A stretch of DNA of 57,595 nucleotides from Actinomycetota bacterium (lineage in GTDB: Bacteria; Armatimonadota; SYMT01). Shown here in pieces: positions 9,230 through 18,529 of the stretch. The position numbers and the translations under genes are program-made. Position 1 is the first letter of the stretch. Every line of letters begins with the position of its first letter. Location of the stretch: contig SYKE01000083.1 of the NCBI GenBank assembly GCA_005798285.1, positions 1 to 57,595 of the forward strand. Reading direction: 5' to 3'. The notes under the pieces are model-generated. The model searched no databases and was not told the origin of the DNA. It saw only the letters and a program-made list of their open reading frames with translations.

Positions 9230-11431
9230 TTACTTCGGTTGCTCTCGGGCGGCAACCTCGATAATGCTGTCTAGCGAGATCACCCTGGGGGTGGACTCGC
9301 TCGTGACCCGAATCCCCACATCGCTGGAATCGCAGGCCAAGAAGCGGACGTCTTGCAGCTTCAGGAGGCTCCCATCGGGCAACTCCAACACGAGATCAAC
9401 TCGCTGGCCGCCTTCGATGTAGGTCTGGATTAGCATCGCGAGCCGAGCCCGCCTGGCACGCGCCAGGTCCTCCCGCTCTTCTTCCGATAACAAGCCCAAC
9501 TCTTCCAAAAAGTCGAGATCCTCGTCATCGTAGTTATCGTCGTCGTCGTCAGCCTCGAACAGCGCCCTCGCGTCGGCGCGGGCTGCGCCGGATGCTGCTC
9601 CCACCGGTGTGCCTCGCAGCAAATCGGGAGAGCCCGGCCTCATCGGAGAGTCGGGATCTCCGTCATGGCTCAAGCTGTCCTGGAGGGCAGGGAGCCCATA
9701 AATCACCTCCGAAATCGGCACTCGCACGCCAAGGTTGGTCTCGCCCAGACGACGGATGCGCTCGATCGGTCGGACATCCCCATCTTGGGGCCCTGGATCG
9801 TTGACGTCGACGCCGGGAGGCGGGATTCTCTGGAGGAGTTCGGATTCCAGGAGCGGGGCGTATCCTCGTTGGCGAAGCGCCTTAACCGCATCCGAAACCA
9901 GGGTCTGCGGCACCACACTGACTCGCTCAGTGATCTGTCGCCCCAGGGCCCGGGAGACACTCGGGATGGAACGAACCTCCTGATGGAGAGCTTCGTCCTG
10001 CGTCACCAGCACCATCCCCGCAGGCACGAGGCGCACCCGGCCGTGTTGTCGGGCGGCGGTGCGAACCATGTTTTGTACCGTCCCGGGAATCGGATGCTTG
10101 GAGTGATCCTCCAGGAATTTCAGAATCTCTTCCGGCGTTGTCTGAGCACTCAGCGCTCGGAGAATGGACGCCGGCGTCAGGGGATGCATCCCACGGGCCG
10201 TCTTCTTCTGCTCATCCGTAAGTCGACGCACGTGAAGATAGACCTCGGGATGGAGGTTCGGCGGACAAAAGACCTGGCCGTTCGGCTGCACCACCACCTC
10301 CTTTCGAGAGAAGGCGGCCCGCGTGGGTGGCGGGGTCTCACGGCCGAGGGCGGGAGCCCACGTTGACCGGCAGACTGCAGTCGGGAGTTCCGGGTTGTCC
10401 AGGTTAAAGACGCCCAGCCAGTACCCGGAGCGAAGCACTGCCAACACTGCCTCACGAAGACCCCGCTCTCCGAGTGCCAGCATGGACAGGTTCGGCCGCA
10501 TCCAATCGATCAGCCGCACCAGCGATCCCACCGAAACGGCTGCTTCCGGCTCCCGGGGGATTGGGACTTCCAAGAGGGTGTCTCGAACCAACACGGCAGC
10601 GCCCGTGTGCTCCGCGTCGCTTGCGGTTGCAGCCGGATCGATGTCCGCCAACTCCCTAAGCGACGCCCAGGTGATCGACAGAATCTCCACGGCATCATTC
10701 GCCGGCAGCCGAAGCAGGTCGACCGCTTGATCCTCGAGTTCGATCGAGTCCTCGGTGGGAGAGATCACGCCCAGATCACCCAGGAAGTTATACAGGAAAA
10801 CCGCATACGCTTCTGACGGAATCAGCAGGGACGGAATCCAGTTCCGGATCTCCCGCAGGTGAGGCCGACCCGCTTGCGTCGGCTTAACCCGAGTGCGCGA
10901 AACCCTGGCCAGGACCTCCGCGACGTCCAGTAGAAACTCACCCGGTCGAGGGGAGCAGTGCGTTCTGGAGGACTCCAGCCCGGGGCGGGCGAACTCCGGG
11001 TCCTTAACCCGCGCGGCGCCCAGGCTGAAGTCGTCAAATCCCGTCTCTCGCTGGTCCGGTCGATAGGGACAGTAGATGGTCCGCCAGCCGTCTTCCGAGA
11101 AGCAACAGCCCCAGAGGCGCAAATCCGATAGGACCGACCGCATAACGGCCTCGTCCACGCCGAAGTGCTCGCAAAGCGATGCAAGCGATTGCCTCTTGGG
11201 AGCAACCTTTAGATGATAGAGAACTACGAGGCTCGGCCTATTCGCGCCAAAGAGGATCAGGCTGCCATGTCGGTGGTGACGGATGGCGCTCTGGCAAGCG
11301 CCAAGGAGGGCTTGTCGGTCTCCCCTCAGAATCAGATCCCATCGGATTTTGCACCGGATCGCAAACTCGCGAAGATCCGACATCGAAAATTGGGCCAGGT
11401 AGTCCGAACTCTTCACCACGCTCTCCCACAA
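9230..11431 (-). CDS. large XPB-associated protein of unknown function (helicase-associated partner)
   Basis: 733 aa, same strand, with only 11 nt between its stop and the XPB start. I recognise no catalytic motif. It has an acidic tract EADDDDDNYDDEDLDFLEELGLLSEEERED. Size and position match the conserved partner gene I recall next to bacterial XPB (mycobacterial Rv0862c type). Confidence 0.55.
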   Translation of the reverse strand: MWESVVKSSDYLAQFSMSDLREFAIRCKIRWDLILRGDRQALLGACQSAIRHHRHGSLILFGANRPSLVVLYHLKVAPKRQSLASLCEHFGVDEAVMRSVLSDLRLWGCCFSEDGWRTIYCPYRPDQRETGFDDFSLGAARVKDPEFARPGLESSRTHCSPRPGEFLLDVAEVLARVSRTRVKPTQAGRPHLREIRNWIPSLLIPSEAYAVFLYNFLGDLGVISPTEDSIELEDQAVDLLRLPANDAVEILSITWASLRELADIDPAATASDAEHTGAAVLVRDTLLEVPIPREPEAAVSVGSLVRLIDWMRPNLSMLALGERGLREAVLAVLRSGYWLGVFNLDNPELPTAVCRSTWAPALGRETPPPTRAAFSRKEVVVQPNGQVFCPPNLHPEVYLHVRRLTDEQKKTARGMHPLTPASILRALSAQTTPEEILKFLEDHSKHPIPGTVQNMVRTAARQHGRVRLVPAGMVLVTQDEALHQEVRSIPSVSRALGRQITERVSVVPQTLVSDAVKALRQRGYAPLLESELLQRIPPPGVDVNDPGPQDGDVRPIERIRRLGETNLGVRVPISEVIYGLPALQDSLSHDGDPDSPMRPGSPDLLRGTPVGAASGAARADARALFEADDDDDNYDDEDLDFLEELGLLSEEEREDLARARRARLAMLIQTYIEGGQRVDLVLELPDGSLLKLQDVRFLACDSSDVGIRVTSESTPRVISLDSIIEVAAREQPK

Positions 11432-11539
11432 CTCATCCGAAGCAGCACGACATCAGAGGCCTTGGGCGCCGATCATCCCACCGTGTCGGGGGGCTGGAGC
11501 CTGCCGGCCCAATGACCGACTCGGAGGTAACTCTTAAGG

Positions 11540-14500
11540 ATGCCACCCATGCGTTCGTATTTGTCACAACTTGCCGCAACACGCGCCGGGAGCCGCCGGA
11601 CCATCGCCGCCGTCTGCGCCGTCAGCATGTTAGGCGTCCTGAGTGCCCGTGCGGTGTCGAATGTTTCCGCTGGCAGCGGAATCGCCCCACCAAAGCCGAT
11701 GTTGGCGGAACCGGGAATTTCGCCCGATGCCCGCGTCGTCGCCTTCGCCAGTGCCGGAGACATCTGGACGGTTCCGACAGCCGGCGGGGAGGCGCGACTA
11801 CTCGTTAGTCACCCGGCCACCGAGTCGCGACCACTCTACGCCCCGGATGGGAAGAGTCTCGCGTTCATTTCGAACCGAACGGGCAACGGCGACATTTACC
11901 TGCTCTCGCTGGAGACCAGCGAACTGAAGCGTCTTACATGGGATGACAGCCAGGACAACCTGTCGGGTTTCTCGCCGGACTCGAAGTGGATCTACTTCAA
12001 CTCTGGGACCCGAGATCCATCCGGTCTGCCGGACGTCTGGCGAGTTTCCGTCGCGGGTGGCACACCGTCTCAGGTTCTCTCCGATCCGTTCCTGTCTGAG
12101 TATCACGCGACGGCGGCGAGTGACGGGAGACGCCTGGCGTTTTCCGCGCGAGGGATCGGGTCCTCGCAGTGGTGGCGCCGGGGATCCAGTCACATCGACG
12201 AGAACGAGATCTGGGTCTGGGATCCCGCGGCCAAATCTCCGTTCTCCCGCGTGACGGACGATCCTCGGGACGGCGACGGAGAGCGAGCGCTCTGGCCGCT
12301 CTGGGCGCCCGACGGCCGCGGCGTGTATTACATCTCAGACCGCTCCGGCTCAGAGAATCTGTGGTTCGGCGCGCCGGGTTCGAGGCCGAAACAAATCAGC
12401 CGCCTGACGGACCAGCGGATGCTGTTCCCCAGCTTGTCCGGGGACGGCAAGGTCCTGGTGTACGAGAACCACTTCGGGCTGTTCCGGATGGATACCACGG
12501 ACGGAACAGCGTCTGCTATTCCGATCCGCCTTGTCGGCGCGACCGGACCCACCGAGCCTCAGCGAGTCGCGCAATCCACCGGCTTCCCCTACGCCCGCGT
12601 GTCGCCCGATGGAAAAAAGGCAGCGGTGGTCGCCCGCGGAGAGATCTTCGTCGCCGGCACTGCGGGAGAACCGGCCTTTCGTGTGACGTCTACTCTGGCG
12701 GGAGAGGGGCAGCCCGAGTGGGCGCCGGACAGCCGCCGCCTGGCGTACTACTCCGAACGAGACGGCTACCGGTCCCTTTACCTGTTCGACTTCGCCGAGC
12801 GAAAGGAGACGCGGCTCACCATGGACTCGGGCGGCGATGAGGCGCCTCGGTTCTCGCCGGACGGCCGGCGCCTCGCCTACCAGCGAGCCGGCCGGGAACT
12901 TCGGGTTCTCGACCTGGACACGATGCGTGATCGCCGAATCGCCGAGGGTTTCTTCGAGCGCGCCCCCTTCGAGTCGCAGCGCCAGCTCGCCTGGTCCCCC
13001 TCCGGGGACTGGATCGCGTACTTCTCCGAGAGCGTCAAGGCGTTCAAGAATGTCTGGATCGCCCGTGCGGTGGGGGCCGAGGCGCCGCCGTATCAGGTCA
13101 GTTTCGCTCCGAACGTCTTTGCAACCACGCTCTCATGGAGCAGCGACGGCCGCTTCATTCTCTTCGACTCGGGTCAGCGCACCGAGTCGTGGAGTTTGTT
13201 CAAACTCGACCTGCTCTCCTCGCGCCCTGAGTTTCGAGAGGATGCGTTCGATCGGCTCTTTGGTCCGGCCGCGGAGGTCAAGAAGCCGCCAACCCAACTC
13301 ATTCCGGAAATCGCCGATCTCAAGCAGCGCACCACGGCGCTCCAGGGCAGTCTGGACGTTGACTCCCACACCCTCTCCCCCGACAACCGGCAGATCGCCG
13401 TTGTCGCCACCACCGCGGGCCGGCAACTCATTCACATCCTGTCCCTGGACGCCGCAGGTCGCTTGACCGGCGCCGCTCGGCCGCTGGTCACCACCGCGGG
13501 TTCCAAGTCTCAGCTTCAGTTCTCAGCCGACGGGAAGCAACTCTACTTCCTGGAAGATGGGCGACTGCAAGCGGTAGCGGTGGACTCCGGGGTCGCCCGG
13601 ACCGTCCCCATCACATGCGAACTCTCCGTAAGGCTCGCCGATGAGGCCCCATGGCTCTTCCGTGAAACGTGGGAAATCCTGCGGGACAACTTCTATGACC
13701 CGACCTTTCACGGCAAAGACTGGGCTGGCGTTCGAGGACGCTACGAGCCGTTCGCACTCGGAGCCCGCACGGCGGATGAACTGCGCCGCATGCTGAATCT
13801 GATGGTGGGAGAGTTGGATGCATCGCACCTCGGCGTCTCGGGGCCAATCAATACGGCGTCCAGCATTGGGAAACTTGGGATTAGCTTGGACGGTCGGGCA
13901 CTGGAGACTTCAGGTGTTCTCCGGGTATCGGAAGTGCTGCCCGGCGGCCCGGCGGCAATTACGCGACGGATTGCGCGGGGCACGGAAATCCTCGCGGTCA
14001 ACGGCAGGGAAGTCGATCGGCTAACCAACCTGGATGAGCTGTTGTTCGACACCATCGATAAACGCGTGGCGCTCAAGATCCGCTCCGTCGGCGCTCCGGA
14101 GGAGGTCGTCAACATTCGTCCGGTCACCGGGTTGGCGGAGCGTCCCCTGCTCTATCGAAACTGGGTCCATCAGCGCCGCGAGTTGGTCCACCGCGTCAGC
14201 GAGGGGCGGTTAGGTTACGTGCACGTGTCCGATATGTCGCAGCAGTCGCTCACCCGGCTGATCCAGGACCTCGACAGCGAGAATCAAGCCCGAGACGGTG
14301 TCGTGATCGATCTGCGCAACAACAACGGTGGTTTCGTGAATGCCTACGCGCTCGACATATTCGCCCGGCAGCCGTACCTCACCATGCGTGTTCGCGGCTT
14401 CGAGCCGGCGCCGGGCAGAACGGTGCTCGGCCAGCGAGCGCTGGAACGGCCGACGATCTTGCTGATCAATCGCCACTCGCTCTCCGATGCCGAAGACTTC

Positions 14501-14800
14501 ACCGAGGGATACCGGCACATGAAGCTGGGAAGGGTGATCGGTGAGCCGACGGCAGGCTGGATCATCTACACCTCCAGTGTGAGCCTCCGAGACGGCACGT
14601 CGGTTCGTGTTCCCTTTGTTGAGGTCAGGGGCGCTGCGGGTGACGTGATGGAGAGGAACCCCCGCAAGGTGGATCAGTACGTGCAGCGCCCGCTGGGGGA
14701 AGACGTGATCCACGAAGATGCACAGCTCCAGGCAGCCGTCACCTCGCTCCTCAAGGAGCGGCCGAAGCGCGCTCCGGAGTCTGGCGGAGTTCGACCGTGA
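11540..14800 (+). CDS. tricorn-protease-like S41 peptidase with PD40/TolB beta-propeller repeats
   Basis: 1086 aa with signal peptide AAVCAVSMLGVLSARA. It carries many SPDG(K/R)xLA(F/Y) PD40 repeats, a PDZ-like segment and a C-terminal S41 core (DLRNNNGG, LINRHSLSDAEDF). Its length matches the tricorn core. The second ATG at 11549 (AAGGA 8 nt upstream) is an alternative start. Confidence 0.8.
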   Translation: MPPMRSYLSQLAATRAGSRRTIAAVCAVSMLGVLSARAVSNVSAGSGIAPPKPMLAEPGISPDARVVAFASAGDIWTVPTAGGEARLLVSHPATESRPLYAPDGKSLAFISNRTGNGDIYLLSLETSELKRLTWDDSQDNLSGFSPDSKWIYFNSGTRDPSGLPDVWRVSVAGGTPSQVLSDPFLSEYHATAASDGRRLAFSARGIGSSQWWRRGSSHIDENEIWVWDPAAKSPFSRVTDDPRDGDGERALWPLWAPDGRGVYYISDRSGSENLWFGAPGSRPKQISRLTDQRMLFPSLSGDGKVLVYENHFGLFRMDTTDGTASAIPIRLVGATGPTEPQRVAQSTGFPYARVSPDGKKAAVVARGEIFVAGTAGEPAFRVTSTLAGEGQPEWAPDSRRLAYYSERDGYRSLYLFDFAERKETRLTMDSGGDEAPRFSPDGRRLAYQRAGRELRVLDLDTMRDRRIAEGFFERAPFESQRQLAWSPSGDWIAYFSESVKAFKNVWIARAVGAEAPPYQVSFAPNVFATTLSWSSDGRFILFDSGQRTESWSLFKLDLLSSRPEFREDAFDRLFGPAAEVKKPPTQLIPEIADLKQRTTALQGSLDVDSHTLSPDNRQIAVVATTAGRQLIHILSLDAAGRLTGAARPLVTTAGSKSQLQFSADGKQLYFLEDGRLQAVAVDSGVARTVPITCELSVRLADEAPWLFRETWEILRDNFYDPTFHGKDWAGVRGRYEPFALGARTADELRRMLNLMVGELDASHLGVSGPINTASSIGKLGISLDGRALETSGVLRVSEVLPGGPAAITRRIARGTEILAVNGREVDRLTNLDELLFDTIDKRVALKIRSVGAPEEVVNIRPVTGLAERPLLYRNWVHQRRELVHRVSEGRLGYVHVSDMSQQSLTRLIQDLDSENQARDGVVIDLRNNNGGFVNAYALDIFARQPYLTMRVRGFEPAPGRTVLGQRALERPTILLINRHSLSDAEDFTEGYRHMKLGRVIGEPTAGWIIYTSSVSLRDGTSVRVPFVEVRGAAGDVMERNPRKVDQYVQRPLGEDVIHEDAQLQAAVTSLLKERPKRAPESGGVRP

Positions 14801-15648
14801 GGCTCGCGGTCACCGCGGACCTGCATTGGGGGCTGTCTCGCGCAGGGGATGCCGCGACAAGGGATCTCCGGGACAGCCTCATGGCGGACCCACCGGACAC
14901 CCTCATCCTGGCCGGCGATGTGGGGGAAGGCCGCGCGTTCGCTGCTTGTCTGGCTGAGTTCCGTGAACTGACGTGCGTGAAGCTCCTGGTTCCCGGAAAC
15001 CACGACCTCTGGCTTCGTGCGCCCACCTCGTCGATGAGGCACTATCAGGAAACCTTGCCGATGCTCGCCGGCGAGGCCGGGTTTTCAGTGCTTGACTTCC
15101 AGCCGTGGCAAAGCCGGGACGGCGACGTGTCGATCCTCGGCTCGATCCACTGGTACGACTACTCGTTTGCCGATCCGGAGCTCCGAATCCGGTACCCCGA
15201 TGCGAATCGAATGTATATCGCCAAGCAGTTCCCGGCGGGACGCCACAATGACGGCAGTTACGTCAGGCTGGGAGTCTCCGATCCGGAATTTGCCGACTCC
15301 CTTCTGAAGCAGCTCCAGAGACAGAGTGCCGAGTCCTCGCGGGTAGGTCGGAGAATCCTGGTTACCCACCATCCCCCGGTACGGGAACTCTTCTATCCTA
15401 CGGAACTGGTGACGGACGATCAAAAGTTCTGGCTTGCCTACACCGGCACCCGAGCCATGGATGCATGGGTACGGCAGGACGCCAGATTCGACTACGTGTT
15501 TTGCGGGCACACCCACGCTGCGTGCGAAGCACGAATCGGCCCCACAACCTGCCTGAATGTGGGTGGGGACTACCACTTCAAGCGACTGATTCGCCTGGAT
15601 CTTTCATCCGACACGGCCAATCAGCAGGAGTTTAGAGTCGCAACGTGA
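14797..15648 (+). CDS. calcineurin-like metallophosphoesterase
   Basis: 283 aa with motifs VTADLHWG, LILAGDVGE, VPGNHD, LVTHHPP and CGHTHA. The start GTG overlaps the tricorn stop (GTGA). Confidence 0.75.
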   Translation: MRLAVTADLHWGLSRAGDAATRDLRDSLMADPPDTLILAGDVGEGRAFAACLAEFRELTCVKLLVPGNHDLWLRAPTSSMRHYQETLPMLAGEAGFSVLDFQPWQSRDGDVSILGSIHWYDYSFADPELRIRYPDANRMYIAKQFPAGRHNDGSYVRLGVSDPEFADSLLKQLQRQSAESSRVGRRILVTHHPPVRELFYPTELVTDDQKFWLAYTGTRAMDAWVRQDARFDYVFCGHTHAACEARIGPTTCLNVGGDYHFKRLIRLDLSSDTANQQEFRVAT

Positions 15649-17795
15649 GAACGCGCACCTACAGGGCCTCTCGTCTACCCGACAGGGACCCGACTCCACG
15701 GGGGGCGTCCGCATTGCGGCATCAACTCACTCTTCTGGGCATCACACTCTTCACGGCAGCGGCATCACTCGCACAGTCCGGGAGGGGTCTGGATATGGAA
15801 CCTCGGCTGCAGGACTACTTCCGGACAGAGACCGAGAGTCTTCAACGCCAATCCCTGGCCGACATCCCGAACGGCGATGCCTGGCTGAAAGATGCGCCGA
15901 GGCGGCGGGCCCGACTGAAGTTTATGTTGGGGCTCGATCCTGAACCGCCGAGATCGCCCTTGCGGCCCGTCATCACCGGTGTGACCGAGCACGCCGAGTT
16001 CACGGTGGAGCGCCTGCACTTCCAGTCCGCTCCCGGGCTCTATGTCACCGCCAACCTCTACCTTCCCAAGAAGCGCTCCGGGCCACTCCCGGCGATCCTG
16101 TACGTGTGCGGGCACGGCAACGTCACGGAGAACGGATACAGCTATGGCTCGAAGGCAGCCTACCAGCACCACGGCGGTTGGTTCGCCAGGAACGGGTACG
16201 CATGTCTGATCATCGACACGCTTCAGCTCGCCGAAATTGAGGGGCTCCACCACGGCACGTATCGTGAAAAGATGTGGTGGTGGAACAGCCGCGGCTATAC
16301 GCCCGCCGGAGTGGAGGCCTGGAACGGCGTGAGAGCAATCGACTACCTCCAGTCTCGACCGGAAATCGACGGCAGCCGAATAGGAGTCACCGGCCGGTCA
16401 GGAGGCGGCGCCTACTCGTGGTGGGTGGCCGCGATCGACGAACGGATCAAGGCGGCAGTGCCGGTCGCGGGGATCACCGATCTTCAGAACTACGTCACCG
16501 ACGGTGCGGTCGAAGGTCATTGCGACTGCATGTTCATGATCAACTCGGAGCGGTGGGACTACGATCAAGTCGCGGCCCTGGTGGCGCCTAGGCCCCTGCT
16601 GATCTCAAACTCCGACAAGGACCCGATTTTCCCCCTCGACGGTGTCTACCGAATTCACCAGAAGACCCGCAAGATCTACGACCTCCTGGGAGCCGGCGAC
16701 AAACTGGGGCTCCTGATCACCGAGGGTCCGCACAAAGACACCCGGGAACTGCAGGTGCCCGCACTCAGGTGGTTCAATCGGTTCCTTCGAGACACCGAGG
16801 CGCCCCTGACCAACTTTGCGGAGAAGTTCTTCACGCCGGAGCAACTTCGGGTGTTCCGAGAAATGCCGGTCGACCAGCGGAACACCCGGATTCAAAACAG
16901 CTTTGTGAGGTCCGCCGACGGGGAAGTTTCGAAGTCAAGGAACGACTGGCGCTCCGCGTGCAAGAGGTGGCGGGAACAACTCGGCACGGCGGTCTTCTCA
17001 GGCTGGCCGGCGGAGGCGCCATCGACCGCTCCAGTGGAGAAAGTCAACCTGGAAAAGGACGGCGTCCGGCTCCGGGCCTACGATTTTGAGTCTCAGCACC
17101 ACACGCCACTTCGGTTGTTCATCCTCTCGGGCAAGGGTGCGGTTCAGGAACTCGGTATCCGCCTCACGGTTCTGGATGAAGCGCGCTGGAGCCCGTGGGC
17201 GGCGGGAGTGGCTGCGGGGTTCGGCAGCGCCGCAGTCGGCTCCGACGTCGTTTCGGCTCCCGGCGACTGGGCTGCCTTGAAAGCCATGCTCACTCGCGAT
17301 GGACCGCTCCGGGCGTTCATCGCCCCTCGCGGCGTGGGCGCCGGCGCCTATCGGGTCGACGAGAAGAAGCTCACTCAGATTCGGCGCCGCTTTATGCTTC
17401 TCGGGCAAACCCTTGACGGAATGCGGGTGTGGGACGTCGTGTCCGCCCTGTCGGCGCTCCGAACCGTTCGAGACGGACGCTACGCCCGGTCGACCATCGA
17501 ACTGGCGGGCACGGGCGACGGAGCCGTATGGGCGCTCTACGCAACGATCATGGGATCGGCACCCCCGGCTTCGTTGATGCTAGATCAGCTTCCGGGCAGC
17601 CACGCCGAGGGGCCGGACTTTCTAAATGTGCTGCGGGTGCTGGACATCCCCCAGGCGACGGCACTGGCGGTTGAGACGTCGCACGTGCAACTGTCGCACG
17701 CCGATCCGAGAGTGGTAGCCTACACGCGGGCGGTTCGGGACGTCGCCGGTTGGGGAGAGCGTCGATTGCAGGTGGAGGCCTCCTCCGCTCGGTAG
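15645..17795 (+). CDS. secreted alpha/beta hydrolase (acetyl-xylan-esterase/S9-like) with an extra C-terminal domain
   Basis: 716 aa with signal peptide LTLLGITLFTAAASLAQS and nucleophile elbow GVTGRSGGGAYSWW. The start overlaps the preceding stop (GTGA). The C-terminal ~300 aa are unassigned. Confidence 0.65.
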   Translation: MRTRTYRASRLPDRDPTPRGASALRHQLTLLGITLFTAAASLAQSGRGLDMEPRLQDYFRTETESLQRQSLADIPNGDAWLKDAPRRRARLKFMLGLDPEPPRSPLRPVITGVTEHAEFTVERLHFQSAPGLYVTANLYLPKKRSGPLPAILYVCGHGNVTENGYSYGSKAAYQHHGGWFARNGYACLIIDTLQLAEIEGLHHGTYREKMWWWNSRGYTPAGVEAWNGVRAIDYLQSRPEIDGSRIGVTGRSGGGAYSWWVAAIDERIKAAVPVAGITDLQNYVTDGAVEGHCDCMFMINSERWDYDQVAALVAPRPLLISNSDKDPIFPLDGVYRIHQKTRKIYDLLGAGDKLGLLITEGPHKDTRELQVPALRWFNRFLRDTEAPLTNFAEKFFTPEQLRVFREMPVDQRNTRIQNSFVRSADGEVSKSRNDWRSACKRWREQLGTAVFSGWPAEAPSTAPVEKVNLEKDGVRLRAYDFESQHHTPLRLFILSGKGAVQELGIRLTVLDEARWSPWAAGVAAGFGSAAVGSDVVSAPGDWAALKAMLTRDGPLRAFIAPRGVGAGAYRVDEKKLTQIRRRFMLLGQTLDGMRVWDVVSALSALRTVRDGRYARSTIELAGTGDGAVWALYATIMGSAPPASLMLDQLPGSHAEGPDFLNVLRVLDIPQATALAVETSHVQLSHADPRVVAYTRAVRDVAGWGERRLQVEASSAR

Positions 17796-17852
17796 GAGGC
17801 CCGGACGAGCGAACACCACGACGATGAGTCGGGACGAGGGCTGTTATCGAGG

Positions 17853-18383
17853 ATGCGCAGGAATTTTCATCCCCCTGAATCTCGTGATGTCTGGCTCGAG
17901 GATGTCTGCGGTCGCCTTGTAACGGCGGCCACCGCGTTCTCTGCAGTCATCGAGGATGTGAATCAGAGGACGGATGTCGCCGCTTCCGGTGAACTTGGGC
18001 GGCGCAGACGAATCACGGAAGTACTCCTGAGGCGGGCCGAGGAAGCAGCGACCGATCTGAGCCAGATCCAGAGAGTCATTCAGAATGCCCTGTTCGACTG
18101 CGAGATCGAGTTGCGTGAGCTGAGGGAGCGGGACCTCTCCCCCGCCGATCTCCTGGAACAGGGAGACTACCTCCTGTCTCACTACCGGTTGATCCGTCGG
18201 CGAGCCCGTGTGCTTGACGGAATTCTGGGCTTTCTACCTGGGGCCAATCGGGACGTAGCGTTCGCGCTGGCACTGTTGCGGCGGCTCCGGAAAGGGCTCG
18301 CTGTGACGGGCCCCCTGGGCACGCCGGATTGGGGCTTTGCGCTCGCAGCGCAAGAAGAGATCACGACCGAAATACCGGGCTAA
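17853..18383 (+). CDS. hypothetical protein (helical, Arg-rich)
   Basis: 176-aa ORF. Third-position GC by my hand count is about 68 percent over the first 110 codons. It is followed by a UUCG hairpin 22 nt after the stop. A codon-aligned antisense ORF (17844..18182) competes with it. Confidence 0.4.
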   Translation: MRRNFHPPESRDVWLEDVCGRLVTAATAFSAVIEDVNQRTDVAASGELGRRRRITEVLLRRAEEAATDLSQIQRVIQNALFDCEIELRELRERDLSPADLLEQGDYLLSHYRLIRRRARVLDGILGFLPGANRDVAFALALLRRLRKGLAVTGPLGTPDWGFALAAQEEITTEIPG

Positions 18384-18405
18384 CGGGATGTTTTGACGGC
18401 TGTGT

Positions 18406-18421
18406 GGGCTCTTCGGAGCCC
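18406..18421 (+). terminator. GGGCUC-UUCG-GAGCCC tetraloop hairpin
   Basis: A 6-bp stem with a UUCG loop lies directly after the 17853..18383 ORF. A C/U-rich run (CCTTTCTT) follows about 10 nt later. Confidence 0.35.
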
Positions 18422-18436
18422 CGTGGCCTGCCTTTC

Positions 18437-18466
18437 TTGACCGTGCTCAGTGGAATTCGGTAACAT
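18437..18466 (+). promoter_or_regulatory. candidate sigma70-type promoter for the PPIase gene
   Basis: TTGACC (18437-18442), an 18-nt spacer, then TAACAT (18461-18466). A GGAGA Shine-Dalgarno lies 6-7 nt before the ATG at 18530. Confidence 0.3.
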
Positions 18467-18529
18467 GCCGCCGTTTCGGCGGGTTGGGCCACGCCGCTCA
18501 GATCGGTCGCGCTGCCTTGGAGACTTCTC

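Noticed and set aside
8295-9422. 375-aa plus-strand ORF antisense to the XPB helicase
   Set aside because: The minus frame carries unmistakable helicase motifs. The antisense translation is Arg/His/Gly/Leu-rich with no motifs, as is typical of stop-poor antisense frames in GC-rich DNA.
9519-9555. (GTC)n trinucleotide run considered as a phase-variable microsatellite
   Set aside because: Only four perfect units are present. The run simply encodes the Asp run of the acidic tract (EADDDDDNYDDED) in the XPB partner.
17844-18182. 112-aa minus-strand ORF competing with the 176-aa hypothetical gene
   Set aside because: It is codon-aligned antisense of the plus ORF. The plus ORF is longer and is followed by a hairpin and a promoter-like element. 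The evidence is weak, so the plus call is only 0.4.
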